Shown here: in pieces, positions 10,690 through 25,680 of the stretch
Position numbering within the stretch: the first letter of the stretch is position 1
Layout of the letters: each line of letters starts with the position of its first letter
Source of the DNA: Eledone cirrhosa
Taxonomy: Eukaryota
Direction: 5' to 3'
NCBI GenBank assembly: GCA_964016885.1
Contig: OZ024741.1
Location: forward strand, 62,558,001-62,622,000
Length of the DNA: 64,000 nt
The notes under the pieces: generated by a model
What the model was told of the DNA's origin: nothing
Seen by the model: only the letters and a program-made list of their open reading frames with translations
Databases searched by the model: none
Program-made: the position numbers and the translations under genes

Positions 10690-11190
10690 TTCATTTGCTG
10701 CCTATTTCGGATATTTTTTAAACAAGTCCCAAATCTTCAGCTTGTATTGACATCATTTTGTAATGGTTGTGTTCTTTACCTTCGTGTGTAATAGAGTTCC
10801 ACAAAGGGAAGTAGAAATGGTAATAATCATAAAAGGAGAGATGATTTAGATACATAGAAGGGTGAAAATGGAGAGGAGAATTGTTTCTAATTGAAAATAA
10901 TAATCCATGAAAAAAAAAAAAACTATGAGAGAATAAGGGAACTAATTCTTCTAGAATCCGTATAGGATTAAAAAGAAAATATTAATGAATTTGGAGATGA
11001 GGGTTCATGTGGAAGTAGACAGGGGATATCGGTAGTCAGTGAGTGCGATCTGTGGTAATAGAGTTCCTTTAATTTGGTAAAGGCAGATATTTGTAATTGC
11101 TTAGTATGACTTTCAGGTTGTGAGAAAAGCGATTGAAAACATCTGCCGCCGTGTTCAAATAGTTGTTGGAATTGTGAATATTTCGAAAAT
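10690..11190 (-). mobile_element. Highly decayed PLE 3' end (GIY-YIG C-terminus, pyrimidine-rich UTR, degenerate hammerhead core)
   Basis: Minus strand YLNTAADVFNRFSHNLKVILSNY aligns with CLNSKTEIFRCCPHLKSHLLFNW near 61440; CTGAAGA (10740-10734)...GAAA (10708-10705). Confidence 0.45.
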
Positions 11191-12303
11191 CATTTTAGTT
11201 AGGAATGGAATTATACTAGGAGTCTTAGTCTAAAAGGAAGCCTTTTTTTTATTCTTTGGATATCTACCAATTAATCACTGTCTGAAACAATGTACTACAC
11301 GACTCTGAAATGAAAGTGTCTGTTTCATCCTAGTCACATTTTCTCTTGTGTTCTCAAGCGGGATTAATTTAATTATTTAATCTTAAGAAAGCAATTTCAT
11401 TTTTCAGTCTTTGGTAAAATAAAGTACCAGGTAGCTACTGAATGTGATTAAATATTTCAATAAATCATCAAAGATATAATTTAAACGTTAATAGTATACT
11501 AAGACTAAGCAGAAGTTCCTTTATATAAGCTACAGGTTAGCACTGGGCTTGATTTAATATTTCTATATAGCAGAATGGAATTATAGAAGAGAGACTAACA
11601 CGAAAATATTTAATTCTTTATAAAATTACCTGGATTGATATAATATTTTACATAGCATCCTTGTTGTGAAAATAATTATGATAAACAACTAAGTCTACCT
11701 AGAGGTCCTTTCATTGGTTCGTCTAAGTATTAGTCAGATGCTTGGGTTAAACATCCAAGGCATGGATGGAATTAAAACAACAGGCTAAGCCTATTTAGAA
11801 ACTCCTCCACTTGACAATTTATGGCAATGCCAAAGGACGTAATGTAACGAATCATTTTCCACCATGCCAGGGTACATACCTGGGCGAAATACGGGTGTGT
11901 CACAGACTGTATACATTTACTGATATGTCGGCAGTTTCAGAGCCGATCCAGAAATAACATACCACACGACTCTGAAATGAAAGTGCCTATCTAACCAAAG
12001 TACATCTTTTCTGGCGTTCTCCGACTAGATGTGCAATGTTCTGAAACTCATGATTGGTATACGCACTACTCGCGATAAGGCTTGAAACTAAGACATATCC
12101 GTTAAAATTTCTGAACAAAAAAATTATTAGAATCATTAAAAATAAAAACAAATATAATTCCTGCCAAGGGAGATAATGATAAATTCGACTGAGGATTATG
12201 GGTTATTGTACCTAATTTGCTATAACTAATATGAAAAACAAAAGTAGATCGAGGGTAATGACTATTTTATTATATTAACTGTTTAGGGAGTCATCTCCCT
12301 TGA

Positions 12304-12519
12304 CTTCTTATATAGGCACAAGGCCAACAATTTTGGAAGAGGGGAAAGTCGATTAAATTGACCCCAGTGCGTGACTGACACTTTATTTTATCGAGCCCGT
12401 AAGGATGAAAGACAAAGTCAACCCTGGCGGGATTTGAACTCAAATCATAAAGGGCCGAAACTCTATGCTGCAAATCATGGCATCCGACCCTCTACCGATA
12501 CTGCCAATCCACGGCCCTT
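12304..12519 (-). mobile_element. tRNA-derived CORE-type SINE
   Basis: B-box gagttcaaatccc; core-like ctttcatccttacgggctcgataaaataaag. Confidence 0.85.
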
Positions 12520-12539
12520 ATCTCCCTTGAAATAATCGT

Positions 12540-12752
12540 TTCTTATAAAGGCACAAGGCCAGCAATTTTGGGGAAATGGAAAATCGATTAAATCGATTCC
12601 AGTGCGTAACTGGGACTTTATCTTATCGAACCCGTAAGGATGAAAGGCAAAGTTAACCTCGACGGGATTTGAACACAGAACGGGAAGAATCGTAACTCTA
12701 TGCTGCGAGGCATGTTGTCCCACGCTCTACCGATACTGCCAATCCACCGCCT
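12540..12752 (-). mobile_element. tRNA-derived CORE-type SINE with 16-bp TSD atctcccttgaaataa
   Basis: Same family; TSD at 12520 and 12755. Confidence 0.85.
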
Positions 12753-13139
12753 TCATCTCCCTTGAAATAAGGAAAAACACTATGGTAAAAATTAAAACAC
12801 TTAAAACATTGGTTTTTACTATTTTCGGAAGGGAACCAGACAGGACCAGACAGGACCAGCAAATTTAAGATTTTTAGTCGAATATGTCAACCGCATTACT
12901 TTCGTATGTAATTTTCATTGGTGGATTGGACGATTCATCATCCATAATATTGGCTAAACGTAAGCATCGGTCATAACTTGTAAATGGAGGCAACATTGGA
13001 TAATTTCGACAGTTTATTTATGAACGCAGAAGTTCGCTCTGCAACCAATTGGTTCTGAGTTCAGTCTCGCAAACATATAGTTCGTGAAAATACAGTCTAA
13101 ACTACATCCAAGTGGTGTCTCGCATGGTTACAGTCTAAT

Positions 13140-16100
13140 CACGTCACATAGCCAGCCTCACTAACCTATACTCACAGAGTCACCACCTCCAACTTACACA
13201 CCACTTAGCCACCAGCTCCAACTTACACTCCACACTGACACCACCACCAACCTCTACTAAAGGAGTCACCACCTCCAACTTACACTCCACATATCCACAA
13301 CCTCCAGATTACACTCCGCATGGCCATCATCACCACCAACCTATACTCCACATAACCACCACCAGCACCACCACCAATCTATACTCCACATAAACAACAC
13401 CACCACCACCACCACCAATGTATACTACACATATTAACAACCACCACCACCACCACCACCACCACCAAACTATACTCCACATAGCCACCACCATAACCAC
13501 CAGCACCAACCTATATTCCACATAATCACCACCACGACCCCCAACCTATACTCCACATAGTCACCACCACTACGACCAACCTACACTCCACATAACCACC
13601 ACCTGCGCCAATCTATACTCCACATAACCACCACCCTATACTCCACATAACTACCACTAACACCACCAACCTATACTCCACATAACCACCACCAACGTAT
13701 ATTCCACATAACCACCACCACCAACCTATACTCCACATAACCACCACCACCACCACCACCAACCTATACTCCACATAACCACCACCATAACCACCAGCAC
13801 CAACCTATATTCCACATAATCACCACCACCAACACCAATCTATACTCCACATAATCACCACTACCAACCTATACTCAACATAACCACCACCACCACCACC
13901 ACCACCAATCTATACTCCACATAACCACCAGCACCAACCTATACTCCACATAATCACCACCACCAACCTATATTCCACATAACCACCACCAACAACTTAT
14001 ACTCCATATAGCCACCACGACTACCACCAACCTATACTCCACATAACCACCACCACCACCACCAACCTATACTCCACATAACCACCACCACCACCACCAA
14101 ACTATACTCCACATAACCAACAGCACCACCACCACCACCACCACCAACCTATCCTCCACATAACCACCACCACCAACCTATACTCCACATAACCAACACC
14201 ACCACCACCAACCTATACTCCACATAACCACCACCACCACCACCAAACTATACTCCACATAACCAACAGCACCACCACCACCATCACCACCAAACTATCC
14301 TCCACATAACCACCACCACCAACCTATACCCCACATAACCAACACCACCACCACCACCACCAATCTATACTCCACATAACCACCACCACTACCACCAACC
14401 TATACCCCACATATCCACCACCACCATCACCAATCTATACTCCACATAACCACCACCACCACCACCACCACCATCATACAGCCCACATAACCACCAACAA
14501 CAGCACCAATCTATACTCCACATAGCCACCACCAACCTATACTCCTCATAGTCACCAGCACTACCACCAATCTATACTCCACATAACCACCGCCACCACC
14601 ACCACCAGCCTATCTTACATATAGCCACCACCACCACCACCACCACCAACCTATCCTCCACATAGCCACCACCAACACCACCAACCTATACTCCACATAA
14701 CCACCACCACCACCACCACCATCATACACCCCACATAACCACCAACAACAGCACCAATCTATACTCCACATAACCACCACCAACCTATACTCCTCATAGT
14801 CACCAGCACTACCACCAATCTATACTCCACATAACCACCACCACCACCACCACCACCAGCCTATCTTACATATAGCCACCACCACCACCACCACCACCAA
14901 CCTATCCTCCACATAGCCACCACCAACACCACCAACCTATACTCCACATAACCACCACCACCACAACCAACCAATACCCCACATAACCACCACCACCACC
15001 AACCTATCCTCCACATAGTCACCACCACTACCATCAACCTACACCCCACATAACCACCACCACCACCAACGTATATTCCACATAACCACCACCACCACCA
15101 CCAACCTATACTCCACATAGCCACCACCACCACCACCAACCCATACTCCACATAACCACTACCACCACCACCAACCTATCCTCCACATAACCACCACCAC
15201 CACCACCAACCTATACTCCACATAGCCACCAGCACCACCACCACCAACTTATACTCCATATAACCACCACCACCAAAATGTACTCCACATAAGCATCAGC
15301 ACCACCGCCAAACTATATTCCACCTAACCAGCACCACCACCACCAACATATAGTCCACATAACCACCACCACCACCACTAACCTATACTACATATAGCCA
15401 CCGCCACCACTACCAATCTATACTCCACATAACCACCACCACCACTCTATACTCCACATAGCCACCACCACCACCTCCAACCTATATTCCACATAACCAC
15501 CACCACCACCACCACCACCAACCTTGACTCCACATAGTCACCACCACCACCAACCTATCCTCCACATAACCACCACCACCACCACCACCACCAACCTATA
15601 CTCCACATAGTCACCACCTCCACCACCAACCTACACTCCACATAACCACCACCAGCATCAATCTATATTCCACATCAACACCACCACCACCACCAAACTA
15701 TACTCCACATAACACCCATCACCACCAATCTATACTCCACATAGCCACCACCACCACCAACCCATACTCCACATAACCACCACCACCACCACCACCACCA
15801 CCAACCTATCCTCCACATAACCACCACCACTACCACCACCACCAAACTATACTCCACACAGCCACCACCACCACCATCAACTTATACTCCATATAACCAC
15901 CACCACCACCAACAATCTATACTCCACATACCCACCACCACCACCAAACTATACTCCACATAACCACGACCACCAACATATACTCCACATAACCAGCACC
16001 ACCACCAATCTATACTCCACATAACCACCTCCACCACCACCAAACTATACTCCACATAACCACGACCACCAACATATACTCCACATAACCAGCACCACCA

Positions 16101-19100
16101 CCAACCTATACTCCACATAACCACCACCACCACCACCACCAACCTATACTCCACATAGTCACCAACACTACCACCAAACTATACTCCACATAACCACCAC
16201 CACCAACCTATCCTCCACATAACCACCACCACCACCACCAGCAAACTATACTCCACATAGCCACCACTACCACCACCAACCTATCCTCCAAATAACCACC
16301 ACCACCAGCACAAATCTATACTCCACATAACCACCACCACCAATCTATACTCCACATAACCAACACCACAAACATATACTCCACATAACCACCGCCACCA
16401 CCAACCTATACTCCACATGACCACCACCGAAACCTATGCTCCACATTACCACCACCACCACCACCAGCCTATACCCCATATAACCAACAACACCAGCACC
16501 ACCATTAACCTATAATCCTCATAACCATCACCTCCACCACCAACCTATACTCCACATAATCACCACCACCACCACCACCTACCTATACTCCACATAACCA
16601 CCACCACTACAACCAACCTATACTCCACATAACCACCACCACCACCACCAACCTATACTCAAACATTACCACCACCACCAGCACCACCACCAACCTATAC
16701 TCCACATAACCACCACCACCACTACAACCAACCTATACTCCACATAACCACCACCACCACCAACCTATACTCAAACATTACCACCACCACCAACCTATAC
16801 TCCACATAAACACCACGACCACCACCAACTTATACTCCATATAACCACAACCACCAACAACCTATTCTCCACATAACCACCACCACCACCAAACTATACT
16901 CCACATAAGCACTACCACCACCGCCAAACTATACTCCACATAGCCACCTCCACCATCACCAACCTATCATCCACATAGCCACCACCAACACCACCAATCT
17001 ATACTCCACATAACCACAACCACCAACCTATACTCGACCTCACCACAGCCACCACCACCAATATATACTCCACATAACCACCACCACCAACAACCTATAC
17101 TACATATAGCCACCACCACCACCACCAATCTATACTTCACATAGCCACCACCACCACCACTAACCTATATTCCACATAACCACGACCACTAACCTATATT
17201 CCACATAACCACCACCACCACCACCAACTTATCCTCCACATAACCACCACCACCGCCACCAACCTATACTCCACATAGTCACCACCACTACCACCAACCT
17301 ACACTCCGCATAACCACAACCACCACCATAAACATATACTCCACATAACCACCACCACCACCAACCTATACTCCACATAACCACCACCACCACCACCACC
17401 ACCACAAACCTATGCTCCACATAACCACCACCACCACCAACAACCTATACCCCACGTAACCACCACCACCAGCACCACCACTAACCTACAATCCTCATAA
17501 CCATCACCTCCACCACCAACCTATACTCCACATAACCACCACCAGCACCAATCTATATTCCACATCACCACCACCACCACCACCAAACTATACTCCACAT
17601 AACACCCATCACCACCAATCTATACTCCACATAGCCACCACCACCACCACCAACCCATACTCCACATAACCACCACCACCACCACCAACCTATCCTCCAC
17701 ATAACCACCACCACTACCACCACCACCAAACTATACTCCACACAGCCACCACCACCACCATCAACTTATACTCCATATAACCACCACCACCACCAACAAT
17801 CTATACTCCACATACCCACCACCACCACCAAACTATACTCCACATAACCACCTCTACCACCACCAAACTATACTCCACATAACCACGACCACCAACATAT
17901 ACTCCACATAACCAGCACCACCACCAACCTATACTCCACATAACCACCTCCACCACCACCAAACTATACTCCACATAACCACGACCACCAACATATACTC
18001 CACATAACCAGCACCACCACCAACCTATACTCCACATAGCCACCACCACCACCACCACCAACCTATACTCCACATAGTCACCACCACTACCACCAACCTA
18101 TACTCCACATTACCACCACCACCAACCTATACTCCACATAACCACCACCACCAGCAAACTATACTCCACATAGCCACCACCACCACCACAAACCTATCCT
18201 CCAAATAACAACCACCACCAGCACAAATCTATACTCCAAATAACCACCACCACCACCAACCTATACTCCACATAACCAACACCACAAACCTATCTTCCAA
18301 ATAACCACCACCACCAGCACAAATCTATACTCCACATAACCACCACCCCAACCTATGCGCCACATTACCACCACCACCACCACCAGCCTATACCCCATAT
18401 AACCACCAACACCAGCACCACCACTAACCTATAATCCTCATAACCATCACCTCCACCACCAACCTATACTCCACATAACCACCACCACCACCACCTACCT
18501 ATACTCCACATAACCACCACCACTACAACCAATCTATACTCCACATAACCACCACCACCACCAACCTATACTCAAACATTACCACCACCACCAACCTATA
18601 CTCCACATAAACACCACGACCCCCACCAACTTATACTCCATATAACCACAACCACCACCAACAACCTATTCTCCACATAACCACCACCACCACCAAACTA
18701 TACTCCACATAAGCACTACCACCACCGCCAAACTATACTCCACATAGCCACCTCCACCACCACCAACCTATCATCCACATAGCCACCACCAACACCATCA
18801 ATCTATACTCCACATAACCACAACCACCAACCTATACTCGGCCTCACCACAAACACCACCACCAATATATACTCCACATAACCACCACCACCAACAACCT
18901 ATACTACATATAGCCACCACCACCACCACCAATCTATACTTCACATAGCCACCACCAACACCACCAACCTATACTCCACATAACACCACCACCACCACTA
19001 ACCTATATTCCACATAACCACGACCACTAACCTATATTCCACATAACCACCACCACCACCACCACCAACCTATCCTCCACATAACCACCACCACCGCCAC

Positions 19101-22100
19101 CAACCTATACTCCACATAGTCACCACCACTACCACCAACCTATGCTCCACATAACCACCACCACCAGCACCACCACTAACCTATAATCCTCATAACCATC
19201 AGCTCCACCAGAAACCTATACTCCACATAACCACCACCACCACCACCAGCACCAACCTATACACCACATAACCACCATCACCAGCACCAATCTATACTCC
19301 ACATAACCACCACCAACCTATACTCCTCATAGTCACCACCACTACCACCAACCTACACTCCACATAACCACCGCCACCAGCACCATTCTATACTCAACAT
19401 AACCACCATCACCACCACCAAACCTATACTCCACATAACCACCACCACCACCAAAACCACCACCAACATATACTCCACATACCCACCACCACCACCAACC
19501 TATACTACACATAGCCACCACCACCACCACCAACCTATACTCGACATAACAACCACCACCACGACCACCAACCTATACCCCACATAACCACCACCACCGC
19601 CACCACCACCACCTACCTATAATCCTCATAACCACCACCTTCACCACCAACCTATACTCCACATAACCACCACCACCACCACCAACCTATACTCCACATA
19701 ACCACAAACACTACAACCAACCTATACTCCACATAACCACCACCACCACCAACCTATACTCAAACATTACCACCACCACCAACCTATACTCCACATAGCC
19801 ACCAGCACCACCATCACCAACTTAAAACTCCATATAACCACCACGACCACCACAAACTTATACTCCATATAACCACCACCACCACCACCAAACTATACTC
19901 CACATAAGCACTACCACCACCGCCAAATTATACTCCACATAGCCACCTCCACCACCACCAACCTATCCTCCAAATAGCCACCACCAACACCACCAATCTA
20001 TACTCCACATAACCACCACCACCACCACCAACTTATACTCGACCTCACCACCACCACCAACATATACTCCACATAACCACAACCACCACCAACCTATACT
20101 ACATATAGCCACCACCACCAATCTATACTTCACATAGCCACCACCAACACCACCAACGTATACTCCACATAACCACCACCACCACCACTAACCTATACTC
20201 CACATAACCACCACCACTAACCTATATTCCACATAAGCACTACCACCACCACCAACCTATGCTCCACATGACCACCACCAACAGCACTAACCTATACACC
20301 ACATAACCACCACCAACATCACCAACCTGTACTCCACATAGGCACCACCACCACCACCAACCTATACCCACATAGCCACCCCACTCCCCACCCCCACCAC
20401 CACCAACCTATACTCTTCATAACCACCAGCACCACTACCCACCAATACTCCACATAACCAACATCACAACAACCAACCAATACTCCACATAACCACCACC
20501 ACCAATCTATACTCCACATAACCACCACCAACCTGTATTCCACATAACCACCACCACCACCACCTGCCTATACTCCACATAGTCACCACCACTACGACCA
20601 ACCTACATTCCACATAACCACCACCACCACTATCACCAACCTATACCCCACATAACCACCACCATCACCAACGTATATTCCACATAACCACCACCACCAC
20701 CACCACCAAACTATCCTCCACATAACCACCACCACCACCACCACCAACCTATACTCCACTTAACCACCACCACTACCACCAACCTATACTCCACATAACC
20801 ACCACCAACCTGTATTCCACATAACCACCACCACCACCACCTGCCTATACTCCACATAGTCACTACCACTACGACCAACCTACACTCCACATAACCACCA
20901 CCACCACCAACGTATATTCCACATAACCACCACCACCACCACCAACCTATACTCCACATAACCACCACCACCAACCTATCCTCCACATAACCACCACCAC
21001 CACCACCACCAACCTATACTCCACTTAACCACCACCACTACCACCAACCTATACTCCACATAACCACCACCACCAACAACAACCTATACCCCACGTAACC
21101 ACCACCACCAGCACCACCACTAACCTATAATCCTCATAACCATCACCTCCACCACCAACCTATACTCCACATAACCACCACCACCACCACCAACCTATGC
21201 TCCACATAACCACCACCATCAGCACCAACCTATACACCACATAACCACCACCAACATCACCAACCTGTACTCCACATAGGCACCACCACCACCACCAACC
21301 TATACCCACATACCCCCCCCCCACCACCACCACCACCAACCTATACTCTTCATAACCACCAGCACCACCACCCACCAATACTCCACAAAACCACCAGCAC
21401 CACCACCCACCAATACTCCACATAACCACCACCACCACCACCACCACCACCCTACACCTCACATAACCACCAACACCAATCTATACTGCACATAACCACC
21501 ACCAACACCACCAACCTATACTCCTCATAGTCACCACCACTACCACCAACCTACACTCCACATAACCACCACCACCAGCACCATTCTATACTCCACATAA
21601 CCACCATCACCACCACCAACCTATACTCCACATAACCACCACCACAACCAACACCACCACCAACATATACTCAACATAACCACCACCACCACCAACCTAT
21701 ACTACACATAACCACCACCACCACCACCAACCTATCTTACATATAGCCACCACCACCAACCTATACTCCACATAACCACGACCACCACCACCACACTAGA
21801 CTCCACATAGCCACCACCCCCACCAAACTATCCTCCACATAACCACCACCACCACCACCACCAATCTATACTCCACATAACCACCACCACAACCACCAAC
21901 CTATACTCCACATAGTCACCACCACTATCACCAACCTATACTCCACATAACCACCACCACCACCAAGGTCTATTCCACATAACCACCACCACCACCAACC
22001 TATACTCCACATAGCCACCACCACCAACCCATACTCCACATAACCACCACCACCACCACCAACCTATCCTCCACATAACCACCACCACCAACAACCTATA

Positions 22101-24960
22101 CTCCACTTAACCACGACCAGTACAACCAACCTATACTCCACATAACCACCCCCACCACCATCCTATACTCAAACATTAGCACCACCACCACCACCACCAC
22201 CATCAACCTATATTCCACATAGCCACCAGTACCACCACCAACAACTTATACTCCATATAACCACCACGACCACCACCAACTTATAGTCCATATAACCACC
22301 ACCACCACCACCAACCTATACTCCACATAACCACCACCACCACCACCAAACTATACTCCACATAAGCACCACCACCACCGCCGAACTATACTCCACCTAA
22401 CCAGCACCACCACCACCAACATATAGTCCTCATAACCACCACCACCACCAACCTATACTCCACATAACCACCACCACCACCACCAATCTATACTCCACAT
22501 AACCACCACCACCACTCTATACTCCACATAGCCACCACCAACACCACCAACCTATACTCCACATAACCACCACCACTAACCTATATTGCACATAACCACC
22601 ACCACCACCCTATAATCCTCATAACCACCACCACCACCACCAACCTATACTCCACATAACCACCACCACCACCACCAACCTATCCTCCATATAACCACCA
22701 CCACCACCACCAACCTATCCTCCATATAACCACCACCTCTACCACCAACCTATCCTCCACATAACCACCAGCACCACCACCAACCTATACTCCACATAGT
22801 CACCACCACTACCACCAACCTACACTCCACATAACCACCACCAGCACCAATCTATACTCCACATCACCACCACCACATACCAACAAACTATACTCCACAT
22901 AGCACCCATCACTACCAATCTATACTCCACATAGCCACCACCACCACCACGAACCCATACTCCATATAACCACCACCACCACCACCACCACCAACCTATC
23001 CTCCACATAACCACGACCACTACCACCACCACCAACCTATACTCCACACAGCCATCACCACCACCACCAACTTATACTCCATATAACTACCACAACCACC
23101 ACCAATCTTTACTCCACATACCCACCACCACCAAACTATACTCCACATAACCACCACGACCACCACCAACCTATACTCCACATAACCACCACCAACACCA
23201 CCAATCAATATTCCACATAACCACCACCATCACCACTAACCTATACTCCACCTAACCACGACCACCAACATATACTCCACATAACCACCACCACCACCAA
23301 CCTATACTCCACTTAGCCACGACCACAACCACCACCAACCTATACTCCACATAGTCACCACCACTACCACCAACCTATACTCCACATAACCACCACCACC
23401 AACCTATACTCCACATAATCACCACCACCACCAAACTATACTCCACATAAGCACTACCACCACCGCCAAACTATACTCCACATAGCCACCACCATCACCA
23501 CCACCAACCTATCCTGCACGCACATAACCACCAACACCACCACTTCTACCACCACCAACCTATACTCCACATAAGCACCACCACCACTACCACCAACCTA
23601 TACGCCCACATAACCACCACCACCAACCTATACTCCACATAACCACCACCACCACAACAACCAACCTATACTCCACATAACCACTAACACCACCACCACC
23701 ACCACCACCACCAATCTATACTCCACATAGCCACCACCAACCTATACTCCACATAACCACCACCACCATCGCCACCAACCTATATTCCACATAACCACCA
23801 CCACCACCAACAACCTATACTCCACATAACCACCACTACCACCACCACCACCCTGTACTCCACATAACCACCACCAACCTGTACTCCACATAATCACCAC
23901 CACCACCCCCCAACCTAAACTCCACATAACCACCACCACTACCACCAACCTATACTCCACATAACCACCACCACCAACCTATACTCCACATAACCACCAC
24001 CACCACCGCCACCAACCTATACTCCACATAACCACCACCGCCACCAACCTATACTCCACATAACCACTACCACCACCAACCTATTCTCCACATAACCACC
24101 ACCACCAAACTATACTCCACATAACCACCACCACCACCCTATACTCCACATAACCACCACCACCACCCTGTACTCCACATAACCACCACCAACCTGTACT
24201 CCACATAATCACCACCACCACACCCCAACCCATACTCCACATAACCGCCACCACCACCACCAACCTATACTCCTCATAACCACCAACCTCTACTCCACGT
24301 AACCACCACCACCAACCTATACTCCACATAACCACCACCTCTACCAACCTATACTCCACATCACCACCACCACCAACCTATACTCCACATAGCCATCACC
24401 ACCACCGCCAACCTATACTCCACATAACCACCACCACCACCACCAACCTATACTCCACATAACCACCACCACCACCACCAACCTATACTGCTCATAGCCA
24501 CCACCACCACCACCAACCTATACTCCACATAACCACCACCACCACCACCAACCTATACTCCACATAGCCACCACCACCACCACAACCTATACACCACATA
24601 ACCACCAACCTATACTCCTCATAACCACCACCACCACCACCACCCTATACTCAACATAACCACCACCACCAATCTATACTCCACATAACCACCACCACCA
24701 CCACCAACCTATACTCCCCATAACCACCACCACCAACCTATACTCCACATAGCCACCACCACCACCACAACCTATACACCACATAACCACCAACCTATAC
24801 TCCTCATAACCACCACCACCACCACCACCACCCTATACTCAACATAACCACCACCACCAATCTATACTCCACATAACCACCACCACCACCACCAACCTAT
24901 ACTCCCCATAACCACCACCACCACCACTACCAACCTATACTCCACATAATCACCATCATC
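13140..24960. repeat. About 11.8-kb minisatellite, unit AACCTATACTCCACATA(ACC)n, strongly strand-asymmetric
   Basis: Hundreds of units with variable (ACC)n length; degenerate left edge; internal kb-scale duplications. Confidence 0.97.
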
Positions 24961-24979
24961 CATGTACATTCCACATTAG

Positions 24980-25280
24980 TGTGATATCTGTGGCAAATAC
25001 TTGTGTATAACTAATATCTGAACTACTCACAAGCGTATTTATACGAGAGAGAAACCATATCATTGTGGTTTCTGTGGCAAATCCTTATCTTACTTCGTCA
25101 CAAACCTATTGAGCGAGTGTCAATTTCATTGACCGCGGTGGCAAATCATTCTTTATAACCAATACATTTAACTACTCACAAGCGTATTCATACGAAAGAC
25201 AGAAGCCACATCACTGTGATATCTGCGGCAAATTATTCTACCAAAGTGGTGCCCTAACTACCCATAAACGTACTCATACA
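24980..25280 (+). pseudogene. Decayed tandem C2H2 zinc-finger array (about 4 fingers)
   Basis: CDICGKYLCITNI*TTHKRIYTREKPYHCGFCGKS ... HHCDICGKLFYQSGALTTHKRTHT; in-frame stop and frameshifts. Confidence 0.9.
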
Positions 25281-25556
25281 ATTGTGATCTCTATGCCTTT
25301 TCTTAAATTACTCGCTTGACGAGAGGATGCTGTCTTTTTCTTTTTTTTTGTATATCTAGTACTAAATTATGTAACTTATCCTTTCTTTTTTTTAAAGGTT
25401 GTAATGGTAGAGTATGTCACTGACATTTCTAGCAGTTAGAGACTCTCACGTTGCCTTCTCGTAGTTATAGGAGAATAGGTAGTACGTTAGTGGATAGCTG
25501 TTTATGTTTCGATGGCCATCCACAATGTGTATATACGAGCGGCATTGTCCTACACG

Positions 25557-25680
25557 TGAGGTGCATGGCTTTGTAGTTAGATGGTTCGGTTCTCAATCAT
25601 AAAATTGTGAGTTCGATTCCTGCCTGCACGAGACAGCACGTTGTGTCCTTGAACAAGGCGGTTTATTTCACGTTTCCCCG
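25557..25680 (+). mobile_element. tRNA-derived SINE head (truncated)
   Basis: tggctttgtagttag A-box-like, gagttcgattcc B-box, gttgtgtccttgaacaag. Confidence 0.7.

Noticed and set aside
13140-24960. W/V/G-rich minus-strand ORFs, an extensin-like gene, or a CRISPR-like repeat-spacer array
   Set aside because: Unit length rotates the frame with regular stops; the spacers are only (ACC)n; there are no cas genes and the context is eukaryotic
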